DNA of 64,000 bases. It comes from Octopus sinensis. Taxonomy: Eukaryota. Positions 1-11,914 of the stretch are shown one piece after another (position 1 is the stretch's first letter; each line of letters opens with the position of its first letter). Location of the stretch: assembly GCF_006345805.1 (NCBI RefSeq), contig NC_043022.1:13392001-13456000 (forward strand), given 5' to 3'. Both the position numbers and the translations under genes were made by a program. A model generated the notes under the pieces. It ran no database searches, had not been told where the DNA came from, and saw only the letters and a list, made by a program, of their open reading frames with translations.

Positions 1-393
1 CTTCACCTGTTTGTTTCCAAGCAAGGTAACATTTCCCCATGGCCAGGCATATTTTTGCAGAATATAAACAACACTGCTTGTATGACAGTGACACTCATTT
101 ACAACTGCCATGCACACAAACATACACACACACACTGCCAATCAAACTCACTTAGTTGGTCTGGGTCTATGGCAAAAGTTACTTGCCCAAGGTGCATTGC
201 AATGGGACTGAACCAGAAACCATGTGGTTAGAAAGAAAACTTCTTAACCACACAGCCATACCTATGCCTCCCCAACAAGAACATAAGAATGCACTGCATT
301 GCTAATAGATGCTGATTCTAATTTAGAAGATTAAATGTTAGGTGTGACTAATCCTGCAACATTTTCACAGATTAAACCATAAAAAATTTCTTT

Positions 394-622
394 TTAACCC
401 TTTAGCATTTAAACCGGCCATATCCGGCCAAAAGTATTCTGCCTGTTTTATGTTCAAACTGGCCAGATCTGGTCTCTCACACCAACCCTACAATATCGTT
501 TTAAAAATTAACAGCTACCTCATCATAATCTCATAGCTACAAGATAATGCATGATTAGTTCAAAGCAATGTGGATAAAAAAGGATTAATTTTGGCAGAAT
601 AATGCGAACACTAAAGGGTTAA
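394..622. mobile_element. piggyBac-like TTAA MITE, family A (related copies near 1540-2160, 11920-12020, 13990-14170, 45270-45370)
   Basis: TTAA-CCCTTTAG ... CTAAAGGG-TTAA; multicopy in this window. Confidence 0.7.
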
Positions 623-688
623 ATACAAAAACAAAAAGAATCCAATTCTGTTACAACTTTAACTGACCAGAATCAAAGAAATACTCAC

Positions 689-3600
689 CGAAGGTTTAAT
701 ATGCAACCTCTGTGGTGTTTCCGGCTCCACCTTTTGATAAACAGGAATATCTATTCTGAAATGACATCAACAGAGACACAATGGATGCAGTATCTGAAAC
801 TCGGCAACCAGCAGGAAATGGATTTTCCCCATATCATAGAAACAGGAAACAATATGAGAGATTTCTTTTGAGTATGTTGCTACAGATTAATGACATTCAG
901 GTGAAAGTATGGCCATGTGATTAAGAACTTTTGTTTGCAACCATGTGGTTTGAAGTTAAGGCCCATTGCACAGTGCTTTGGACGATACTATAGCCCTGGG
1001 TTAACCAATACCTTGGGAGTGAATTTGATAGATGGAAACTGTGGAAGTCCATCATATACATGCGTGTGTGTGTGTGTGTGTGAGTGTATGCATGGGCTCA
1101 TGTATAATGCATGTTTGTCTATGTGTTTGTCTCCCACCACCACTCAACATCTGGTATTGGTTTGTTTACATCCCTGTAACTTAGCGATTCAGCAAAATAG
1201 ACCAATAGGATAAGTGCCATGTTTAAAAATATGCACTGTGTTTGATTTGCTTGACTAAATCAAGTGCCGCAGTATCATACAGGTTGTTGATGAAGGGAGA
1301 TATTAATTAGAAGTATTACTGTTACAGATAATAACGAAACTAATTAGGGAAAACATAAATGAAAGAATCAACTTACTTCTCCAGAAAGATGAGTAGCCCT
1401 CGGACGAGTCCTTCAACACACAGCAGATCATACCTGTTGAGGAAGTGAAATTTAAGCTTGTAGCAGAACATAAATAGAAACCAGTAGGGTTTTTTTTCTT
1501 AATGCTTTTATAACATTCTTTCAAAGGCCGTTCTTTGAACCCGCTAACATTTAAACCAACCATATTTGGCCCAAATATCTATTTCTTTACTACCCACAAG
1601 GGGCTAAACACAGAGGGGACAAATAAGGACAGATAAACGGATTAAGTTGAATACATCGACCCCAGTGCGTAACTGGTACTTAATTTATCAACCCCGAAAG
1701 GATGAAAGGCAAAGTTGACCTTGGCAGAATTTGAACTCAGAACGTAACGGCAGACGAAATATGTCTATGCATTTCGCCCGGCGTGCTAACGTTTCTGCCA
1801 GCTCATCGCCTTTGGCCCAAATATCCTACATGTTATATGTTCAAACCAGACAGTTCTGGCCTCTCACACCTACCCTACAATGTCATTCTAAAAATACATA
1901 ACCACAATATCAAATTCTTGAAGCTATGACATAATGAATGATAAATTTAAACTGGCCATATCCACCCCTAATACTCTACCTATTTTATGCTCAGACTGGC
2001 CAGATCCAGCCTCTCACACCTACCCTACAATGTCATTATGAAAATATACAAACAAGCCATTGAAATCTTGAAGCTACAAGATAATGCATGATTAATTCAA
2101 AACAATGTGAATAAATATGGATGACATTTGACAGAATAATTTGGAATGCTAAAGGGTCAAACAAAGAATTGTTACCAATTTGGTGAGAAGGTCAGCAACT
2201 TCAAGCAGACGGGTTGAGTTGATACTAACAATCCCAGTACTTCAATGGTACTTTATTCTATCAAGCCTGAAATGCAAAACTGACCTCATCAGGATTTGAA
2301 CTCAGAACATACAGAGCCAGAAGAAATACTGCAAAGCATTTTTTTATCTTCTGTAACTTGAATGATTCCACTGGATCCACTCACCCACCCTTATATAATG
2401 TGGGGTAGCCACATATCTTCTCTATAGCAGGATACCTGTGCCTGTCCCTTTATTCATACTCTATCCATTTCTCTCCCCTCTAATACACCCTCACTCAGTC
2501 GATAGGCCTTTAGTTTTGTCTTGTGAGTTACTTTGCAATCTCACTAGTGATGGTGTTGTGAAATAAAGCATCCAGTTCATGATGTAAAGAGGTTGGTGTT
2601 AGGAAGGGCATCCAGGTGTAGAAACGAGGGTCAAAGTTGACACAGGAGCTCAACACACACCCCTAAACCATTGGATCCTGTTGAACTATACAATGCCAGC
2701 ATGATGATGATGCAGTTTATCCCAGACTATCAAATTCTTAAAACAGCTGGTAACAGGACCAGAAAAGTAAAGAACAACAACGATTCCATCACAGCGTGGA
2801 AGGTGTTTGTAAGCCATTTAAGAAATACACAAAAGCCGTTCGATTAACTTCAACATTTAAGTTTAATTTGTCAAAATATTTTCGTCGCTTTAAGACCGCA
2901 ACCTGTTCACTGACAAAAATCCGTGATTCCATCACAACAACCAAGATATGCAAACACTAGGCAGAAGAACAAACGAAAAGAGAAAAAGAAACAGAAGATG
3001 AAATAAATAGAAGCAAGGCTTGATATGAAGAACTTAGCTTGTCAAACGCAAACCTACCTGTTCGCTGGAATGTCTATTTTATAAACAATCTCTTCAGATA
3101 AATCACTGGTTACCTGCGTATCTCCTTGCTCTTTAGCCACCATAGCCTTCTCGGATGTCTATTATTAGAAATGGAAACCATAAAAAAGTTGGCAGAAAAG
3201 GACAAACAAAAGACATGGGATAACTAAGGGGTTATGCTTATAGATTTAGGATATTTGAGATAATTATCATTAATTAGATTGGATTTACTGATCAAGCATA
3301 AACGAATGATAAGCTGGTATGTCAGTTTATATTTAGGTGTCTTTACTTCTGTGGTTGACTGGGACAAATGATTTGCTGGCATTCTGTTGGTAATGATGAC
3401 AAGAGTTCCAGTTGATCCAATCAACAGAACAGCCTCTTTTACTTGTTTCAGTTGTTTGACTGTGGCCATACTGGAGCACTGCCTTTAGTCGAGCAAATTG
3501 ACCCCAAGACTTATTCTTTGTAAACCTAGTACTTATTCTATTACTCACCACTTCATCCAGTTCAAGTCCAAAGTCGAAACAAAGATCTGCAAATTCTTCA

Positions 3601-6600
3601 TCAGCTGGAAAAAAAGTAGAGAAATAATAAGAATGGTTTCAAATTTTGGCACAAGGCCACTGATTTTGAGGCACGGGGGTGGGGGAATAAGTTGATTACA
3701 TCAACCCCGAAAGGATGAAAAGAAAAGTCAACCTCGACGGCATTTGAACTCAGAACATAAAGATGAATAAAATGCCACTAAGCATTTTGCCCAACATGCT
3801 AACGATTCCGCCAGCTTCCCGTTATACGATACTAATAATAATGCCAAACAAGATTATTTTAGACTAGGTGGGGAGTATCAATGCAGATGATTTTGTTCTT
3901 CATGCTTAAAACATATCCATCTGGAGGAATTAGATAGTTCCAGACTCTATTCTACAGGAATACCCCATTTTTTCTTGTAACAAAAACAAAACCCCATCAT
4001 GCCATATTCCCAGTAAAGTGATAACAAATAACACATATAAAGATACAACTGATTCTGTCCATTGCTTTGCCTATAATCATTTCTCTTGAACTGTATATGC
4101 AACTATTTATTTTTCTGTTTGGGAACCCAGGTTGGGGGTAAAGTTAGATGCAAGGGCCCAGGCTTGACACAGTTAACTTTAGTCACTGATTACACACACA
4201 TATATTTCATGATTAGCTAAAGATACAACCATAAACTGCATTTTAACCCATTTTTCAAGTTTTATTAAATCATCATCATCATCATCATCGTTTAGCGTCC
4301 GTTTTCCATGCTAGCATGGGTTGGACGGTTCTACTGGGGTCTGTGAAGCCAGAAGGCTTCATCAGGCCCAGTCAAATCTGGCAGTGTTTCTACGGCTGGA
4401 TGCCCTTCCTAACGCCAACCACTCCATGAGTGTAGTGGGTGCTTTTTACGTGCCACCCGCACTGGTGCCAGACAGAGCTGGCAAACGGCCACGAACGGAT
4501 GGTGCTTTTTATGTGCCACCGGCACGAGGGCCTGGCGAGGCTGGCAACGGACACGAAACGGGGCGGTGCTGGCAACGGTCGCGAAACGGAAAGTTCTCTT
4601 ACATGCCACCGGCACTGGTAACACGTCTGCAATTTCCATTGATCGATTTCGATTCTGATCCTCACTTGCCTCAACGGGTCTTCACAAGCAGAGTTTCGAC
4701 ATGCCACCGGCACTGGTAGCAACATCCGCAATTTCCATTGATCGATTTCGATTCTGATCCTCACTTGCCTCAACACGTCTTCACAAGTAGAGTTTTGTGT
4801 CCCAAGAAGGGAAGGTATGCATACGTAGGCTGGCTCCATCCCATGTAGAAGGCCACGGGTTATGGACTCACTTGTCCTGCCGGGTCTTCTCGCGCACAGC
4901 ACACTTCCAGAGGTCTCGGTCTCTAGTCATTTCCTCAGTGAGACCTAAAGTTCAAAGTCGTGCTTCACCACCTCGTCCCAGGTTTTCCTGGGTCTGCCTC
5001 TTCCACAGGTTCCCTCAACCGCTAGGGTGTGGCACTTTTTCACACAACTATCTTCATCCATTCTCGCCACATGACCATACCAGCGCAAACGTCTCTCTTG
5101 CACACCACAACTGATGCTTCTTAGGTCCAGCTTTTCTCTCAAGGTACTTACACTCTGCCGAGTGTGAGTACTGGCATTACACATCCATCGGAGCATACTG
5201 GCTTCATTTCTTGCGAGCTTACGCATATCCTCAGCAGTCACGGCCCATGTTTCACTGCCATGTAGCATGGCTGTTCGTACACACGCATCATACAGTCTGC
5301 CTTTCACTCTGTGCGAGAGGCCTTTTGTCACCAGCAGAGGTAAGAGCTCTCTGAACTTTGCCCAAGCTATTCTTACTCTAGCAGTTACACTTTCAGCACA
5401 CCTGCCCCCGCTGCTGACTTGGTCACCTAGGTAACGGAAACTATCAACTATTTCTAGTTTTTCTCCCTGGAAAGTGACGGAAGTTGGTCTCAGAGCATTT
5501 TCAGTGTTTATTGTTCCTGAGCATCTGCCACATACAAAAACCATCTTCCTAGTTAGCCTTCCTTTGACATTGCTGCATCTCTTATGTGTCCATAGCTTAC
5601 ACTTGGTGCATCTTATAGAGTTTCTACCTACACTTTTCTACAGATCGAGCAGGGCCATCTACCTGAAGGTGTTTGTGATTTGTCTACCTTCCTACTGATT
5701 ACGACTTTGGTTTTAGCTAGATTGACTCTGAGGCCCTTCGATTCTAATCCTTGTTTCCACACCTGAAACTTCTCCTCCAGTTCTGATAGCGACTCAGCAA
5801 TTAGAGCAAGGTCATCAGCATAGAGGAGCTCCCAAGGGCATCCTGTCTTGAATTCCTCTGTTATTGCCTGGAGGAAAAGCCGCACTCTGTGCAGACCTTT
5901 AAGCTAGCTCCTGTGGAGGGTTAATTGGGCCTGTGACATAAAACTAATCAAAGCTAAATAGCATGACTATGATACATCTATAATGAATATATGCCCTGGG
6001 TGGTGTTTGATCAGAGGTTAAGGATGGATGAGAATTAATTCTGTAATGCAATCATTCTATTGTTCCAGTCCCCAGTTAAATTCCAACTGTTGGCCAATTT
6101 GTCCCAAAGTTATTTTTATCATCTGGCCGATGCCAGCGCCGCCTTGACTGGCTTCCGTGCCAGTGGCATGTAAAATGCACCAATCCGATCGTGGCCGTTG
6201 CCAGCCTCGCCTGGCACCTGTGCAGGTGGCACGTAAAAAGCACCCACTACACTCACGGAGTGGTTGGCGTTAGGAAGGGCATCCAGCTGTAGAAACACTG
6301 CCAGATTAGACTGGAGCCTGGTGCAGCCTTCTAGCTTCCTAGATCCCCGGTCAAACCGTCCAACCCATGCTAGCAAGGAGAACGGACGTTAAACGATGAT
6401 GATGATTATCATCATCATCTCAGGGGATCATTGAAACAAAAATGGAACCACATTGAAATCACATGCTGGAATCCTCCAGAATATCTACAAAAACTGTAGT
6501 GCTGGTGTCACATAAAAAGCAACCATGCTGACGCCATGTAAGAAGCCCCAGTGCCGGTTTCACGTATAAAGTACCCATGCTGGTGCCGGCATCATATGAG

Positions 6601-8315
6601 TAACACCTGTATCAGTGCCACGTAAGAAGCATGTGTGCCGGCACCACATGAACAGAACACAGTACACACTGTAATGTGGTTGGCGTTAGGAAGGGCATCC
6701 AACCATAGAAACCATGCCAAAACAGAAGGCTGGAACCTGGCTTGGCCCTCTGACTTGCCAGCTCCTGCCAAACCGTCCAACCCATGCCAGTATGGAAAAC
6801 GGACGTTAAATGATGATGATGAATGCTTTATTGTCAACAAAAAATATATTATAAAAAGATAATGGAATCGGTTTGATTAGTTTTACTGATCACAGATTCC
6901 CTTATTGGTTTATAGAATGTTATTTTACACAACATACGGAATCCAAGAACGTCTACAAAAATTCTAAGATGTGTTGTTTTATGTGCATAAAATACACCAA
7001 TTTTTATTTGTTTCAGTCATTAGGCTGTGACCCTGCTGGGGCACTGCCTTGAAGAACTTCAGTCGACCGAATCGAACCCAATACCTATTTTTAAGCCGAA
7101 TACTTTTTATATCACTATCTTTTGCCGAACCGCTTGGTAAAGGGGATATAAATACGCCAACACTGGTACACTACATCAAGCAGTAGTGAGATACACACGC
7201 ACGACGGGCTTCTTCCAGTTTCCGTTTACCAGAACCACTTACAAGGTTTTGATCGGTCCGAGGCTAAGGTGCCATACAGTAAGGCCTGGACCCGAAGCTA
7301 TGTGGTTGGGAAGCAGACTTCTTACCACAAAGACAAACCTGTCCCCGTAATTAACACAATTTAATTAATCTTTGTAGCTAATTATTTACGTAAAATAATG
7401 GTTTAATTGTAAATCGACCAAAGCTTGTGGTTTATGTGATCTCTTCCGTGTTGAACGGAAAGTCGCTGTCTACGTACATTTCCGATAACTTTAACCGAAG
7501 ATTGCTGTTAGTCTTCATAGTCGATTGTTAACAATTGATACAATGTATAATATATACACGATTTTATTTCCCCTTAATTCACTACCTTCAGTCTGTTGCG
7601 CTTTGCAGTCCCTCATGTATATACAGATCGAAAGATCTGCTGACATCCATTCGTCTGAAAACACTCGGAGAAAATATAAACAATCTTTTAAAAAATAACA
7701 TTTGACGGCGTGCAAAGAGCGATTTCACCGAAATCACGTCGATTACATCAGATTCTGTATAAAGGTGTGTGTATGTGTGTGTATATATGTCTGTGGGTGT
7801 TTTCGTTTCTGAAAGACGGCAGTCGGCTGGAAGAATCGTTAGAGCTTTTGCGGTATTTTCTTCTGGTCTTTTAGATTTTAAGTTCAAATTCTGACCGGGT
7901 GGGGGTGATGTCATCTTTGTCTTGAAATAATTAATGGTTTCTAATTCAAGTACAAAACCAACAATTTTTAAAAGGATGGGGGTAATTAATCGCTACCACC
8001 GACTCCGGCACTTGACTGGTACTTTATTTCAAATCGATCCCGGGAGGGATGAAAGGCAATGTAGGCCCCGGTGGAATTTTGAACACTGGACAACACAAAA
8101 CATAGGAAGAAATACCGCAAGGTATTATCCGACACTCCAACGATTGTGTCAGCACGCCGAAATAATTGTAAAGAAAACAGTGGTGGGAGGGGAGAGGAGG
8201 GACAAATTATCAGCTGTTTAAAGAAATATGGATAACGTTGTAAAATAAAGGACTTACTGTATGTTTTCTCAAGAGCTTCAAACAATACACTTCGATTTAC
8301 AGTTATTGTCGGCAT
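689..8315 (-). CDS. FARSB: Phenylalanine-tRNA ligase beta subunit, 5' part (coding exons 8315-8258, 3604-3549, 3158-3058, 1433-1377, 755-689; continues past the left edge)
   Basis: Spliced translation [50 protein letters not shown]...[51 protein letters not shown] matches the eukaryotic PheRS beta N-terminus. All introns are GT-AG with consistent phases. Confidence 0.96.
1580..1810 (-). mobile_element. tRNA-derived SINE family 1, inserted in a MITE (other copies ~9340-9570, 13670-13860, 16075-16310, 37890-38120, 48830-49210, 55545-55720, 58680-58885)
   Basis: Head GGCGA(T)GAGCTGGCAGAA...GAGTTCAAATTC (box A/B-like) and 15-bp TSD TTTGGCCCAAATATC at 1565-1579 and 1811-1825. Confidence 0.85.
2794..2924 (-). 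mobile_element. 131-bp insertion with 12-bp target-site duplication, carrying the minimal hammerhead
   Basis: GATTCCATCACA at 2782-2793 and 2925-2936. Confidence 0.7.
2867..2917 (-). ncRNA. Minimal type-I hammerhead with G3:C8 swapped core and palindromic stem III (Penelope-like-element type)
   Basis: uuuguca GUGAACA g guugc-ggucuuaaa-gcgac GAA-AAUAUU-U ugacaaa. Confidence 0.6.
4270..5875 (-). mobile_element. 5'-truncated RTE-type LINE (RT C-terminus, 3' UTR, (GAT)n tail)
   Basis: WELLYADDLALIA motif, FRYLGD and RLRWYGHVARM...GRGRPRKTW thumb motifs, a 1-nt frameshift near 5630, and (CAT)n at 4270-4289 on the plus strand. Confidence 0.92.
6120..6405 (+). mobile_element. Short retroposon family 3 sharing the RTE LINE 3' end (other copies ~8670-8960, 27350-27660, 34865-35160, 43720-44180, 62290-62687, 63060-63495)
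   Basis: Variable GCCACCGGCAC modules, conserved ...CCAACCCATGCTAGCATGGAAAACGGACG and a (GAT)n tail. Confidence 0.8.
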
Positions 8316-10089
8316 AACTATCGTTGATCAAGGAACCCTCGATGTTGCACGGAACACAAGTTGATGCAATCGGGACAACGACTATAATTTCTCTCTTCAC
8401 TCGATTGCACTAGAGAGCTCCCGTGGTGTTACGTTGTTACGTCCCCTTAATGCAGCATCTGTTGCTATGGTTTTTTTTTTCTTTTTTAATGTAAATCGTA
8501 TTTCAGGGACTCGTTCCAAAAGGAATCTGCTTTCATCCTGATAATTTCGATATTTGGTGTTGTCTCTTTTTTAAATCAGCATTCTATCGGTTTTATGAAA
8601 CCAAAATTAAAGCGAGAAATTAAAATTTTGAAAAAAATTAAACACATTTTTTTCAGTAATGTAATATCCATCATCATCATTTAGTGTCCGCTTTCCATGC
8701 TAGTATGGGTTGGACGGTTCAACTGGGGATCTGGGAAGCCAGAAGGCTGCACCAGGCTCCAGTCTGATCTGGCAATGTTTCTACGGCTGGATGCCCTTCC
8801 TAACGCCAACCACTCCGTGAGTGTAGTGGGTGCTTTTTACGTGCCACCGGCACAGGTGCCAGACGAGGCTGGCAAACGGCCATGGTCGGATGGTGCTTTT
8901 TACGTGCCACCGGCACGGGGGCCAGGCATGGTTGGCAACGGCCACAATTGGATGGTGCCTTTTATGGAATTCCAAAGATATTTTCAAACGAAAAATTGAG
9001 AACAAGTGGAAGAGCTTGGTTTTCTTTTATTGCTACTATAGGTACAAAACTTGAAATTTTGGTAGATGGCGCTAGAAGATTACATTGGCCTCAATGCTCA
9101 ACTGTGAAGGCAATGTGACTTAGTGGTTAGGGGCATTCGGCTCATGATCGTAAGGTCGTGAGTTCAATTCCCGGCGGCACGTTGGGTCCTTGAGCAAGAC
9201 ACTTTATTTCACATTACTTCAGTCTTTGTTCTTACCGTTCTTACTGTGCTTATGAAATAAGAAAATCACAAAACTTGACAAGAAGCTACTTTACAACCAT
9301 GTGCTTTCAGGTTCAGTCCCACTGTGTGGAACTTAGGGCAGCGAGCTGGCAGAATCGTTAGCATGCCGGGCGAAATGCTCAGCAGTATTTCGTCTGCCGT
9401 TATGTCCTGAGTTCAAATTTCACCGAGGTCAACTTTGCCATTCATCCTTTGGGGGTCGATAAATAAAGTACCAGTTTCACACTGGGGTCGATGTAATCGA
9501 CTTAATCCCTTTGTCTGTCCTTGTTTGTCCCCTCTGTGTTTGGCCCCTTGTGAACAGTAAAGAAATATATATTGTGTGGAACTTTGGGCAAGTGTCTTCT
9601 ACTGTAGCCCAAAGCTGACCAATGCCTTGTGAGGGAATTTGATTGACTAAAACATCAGCATCAATAAGGTCCCCATGCAATTTGCAAGATTCCAAGTCCC
9701 CTTCAACTCACTCAGTCAAGGAGCACCTTAATCTTACAAGCTACATGGTGACTTCACTAGTGCTGGTGTTGCATAAAAAGTACCCAGGACTCTGTAAAGT
9801 GGTTGGCATTAGAAAGGGCGTCCAACAATAGAAACCATGCCAAAGCAGACACAAGAGCAGAAAGCCGTCTTTAGACCAGTTGGATCCTGTTAGACCATCA
9901 AACCCTTGTCAACATAGGACACGGATGTGGAATGATGATGATGAAGATGATGATGATGACATGTGAGTATGTCACTGTTCGTCTCAATGTCATTTGACAA
10001 CCAGAGTTGGTGTGTTTATCTCCCCTTAACTTAGTTGTTAAAAAAAAACCACTATTGTTAATAAGTACCAAATTTAACCATTGTTCTGC

Positions 10090-10495
10090 AGGAGTGGCTG
10101 TGTGGTAAGTAGCTTGCTAACCAACCACATGGTTCCGGGTTCAGTCCCACTGCATGGCATCTTGGGCAAGTGTCTTCTGCTATAGCCCCAGGCCAACCAA
10201 TGCCTTGTGAGTGGATTTGGTAGACGGAAACTGAAAGAAGCCTGTCGTATATATGTATATATATGTATATATGTATGTGTGTTTGTTTGTGTGTCTGTGT
10301 TTGTCCCCCTAGCATTGCTTGACAACCAATGCTGGTGTGTTTATGTCCCCGTTACTTAGCGGTTCGGCAAGAGAGACCGATAGAATAAGTACTGGGCTTA
10401 CAAAAAGAATAAGTCCCAGGGTCGAGTTGCTCGATTAAAGGCGGTGCTCCAGCATGGCCGCAGTTAAATGACTGAAACAAGTAAAAGAATAAAAA
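10090..10495 (+). mobile_element. tRNA-derived SINE family 2 with a central (TA)/(TG) microsatellite (other copies ~13140-13640, 19810-20185, 23720-24135, 32540-33000, 38630-39045, 47495-47870, 51450-51840, 54728-55080)
   Basis: GGAGTGGCTGTGTGGTAAG...GGTTCAGTCCC head and a shared body; more than 10 copies in the window. Confidence 0.85.
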
Positions 10496-11169
10496 GAAAA
10501 GAAAGAATCCATTCAAAATTTCATTACACTTAACTGCAGAAAGTAATTCGTATACCAAAATCTGTCTTTTATTGAGGAATGTCCTGTTTGGGAGTGTTTC
10601 TTGTTGAGGTGTCCCAAGTTTATTGAGGCTACACGACTTGGTAGATATCTGATTGAAATAACCATGAAATTTAATTTCGGTTGGCATTAGGAAGGGCATC
10701 CAGCCGTAGAAACATTGCCAGATCAGGCTGGGCCTGGTGCAGCCTTCTGGTTTCCCAGACCCCAGTTGAACCGTCCAACCCATGCTAGCATGGAAAGCGG
10801 ACGCTAAATGATGATGATGATGATGATGAGTTAAAGGAATGAAAAACAGAGTAATGGAGGTAGGTATGTTTGACCAAACAGTTTAAGGCGGTGCCCCAGC
10901 ATGGTCGTGATCCAATGACTGAAACACGTAAAAGAATACTTATAGCACTCCTTGACAATAGTTTAGTGAACTAACACACCTTCATAGTTATGTCAACATG
11001 ACCTCTTTTTCCTATAACACAACCAGATTTTGAGCAAACATTCACGATTAACTTTTGGGTTCGTGTTTCATTCAGGTGAATGATGTGTCAACATGGCAGC
11101 AGTAGGAAGAGGTCATGGTTATAACTATCACTTTTGTAACTTATTACTGTTTACCTCTCTCTCAATCAA

Positions 11170-11210
<41 letters not shown>

Positions 11211-11212
<2 letters not shown>

Positions 11213-11370
11213 TCATCATCATTTAATGTTCGTTGTCCATGTTGGCATGGGTTGGATGGTTTGACTGGGCTGGCATGCTGGAAGGCTGCACCAGACTCCA
11301 GTCTGATTTGGCATAGTTTTCTACATACACATACACACACACACAGATACATGTGTGCATATATATATAT

Positions 11371-11414
<44 letters not shown>

Positions 11415-11575
11415 ATCATCATCATTTAATGTTCGTTGTCCATGTTGGCATGGGTTGGATGGTTTGACTGGGCTGGCATGCTGGAAGGCTGCACCAGACT
11501 CCAGTCTGATTTGGCATAGTTTTCTACATACACATACACACACACACAGATACATGTGTGCATATATATATATAT
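11211..11575. repeat. 203-bp-period tandem duplication of a retroposon fragment plus microsatellites
   Basis: ATTTAATGTTCGTTGTCC... at 11221 and 11424, with near-identical units. Confidence 0.85.
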
Positions 11576-11651
11576 GTATAAAAAATACAAACTGGGACAA
11601 GAACGCAAAACATTTTGAAGACGATACAAAAAACACGGACGGGACATTCAA

Positions 11652-11738
11652 AGCCTTCAATCTTCAGTCAAGAACTGGATCATCCTCGCAATTTCGGCTG
11701 ATTAATCTTGAGATTGCTCCAATCTGGCCAGCCCAAGG
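11652..11738 (-). ncRNA. Second candidate non-circularly permuted hammerhead ribozyme, unrelated in sequence
   Basis: Core CUGAAGA, GAAA and AUC. Stem I ucaaga/ucuuga, stem II ggcug/cagcc, stem III gcaau/auugc. Same strand order as 40504-40599. Confidence 0.55.
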
Positions 11739-11873
11739 AAATATATATATATATATAGAGAGAGAGATGTAGAAGGTAAAAATGTAACGCACGAGTTGAT
11801 ATGAATAAGCAAAATAAGACAAGGTAAAAATGCTAAAATAATTTAAACATTTTCTACCTTGTCTAATTTTGCT

Positions 11874-11914
<41 letters not shown>

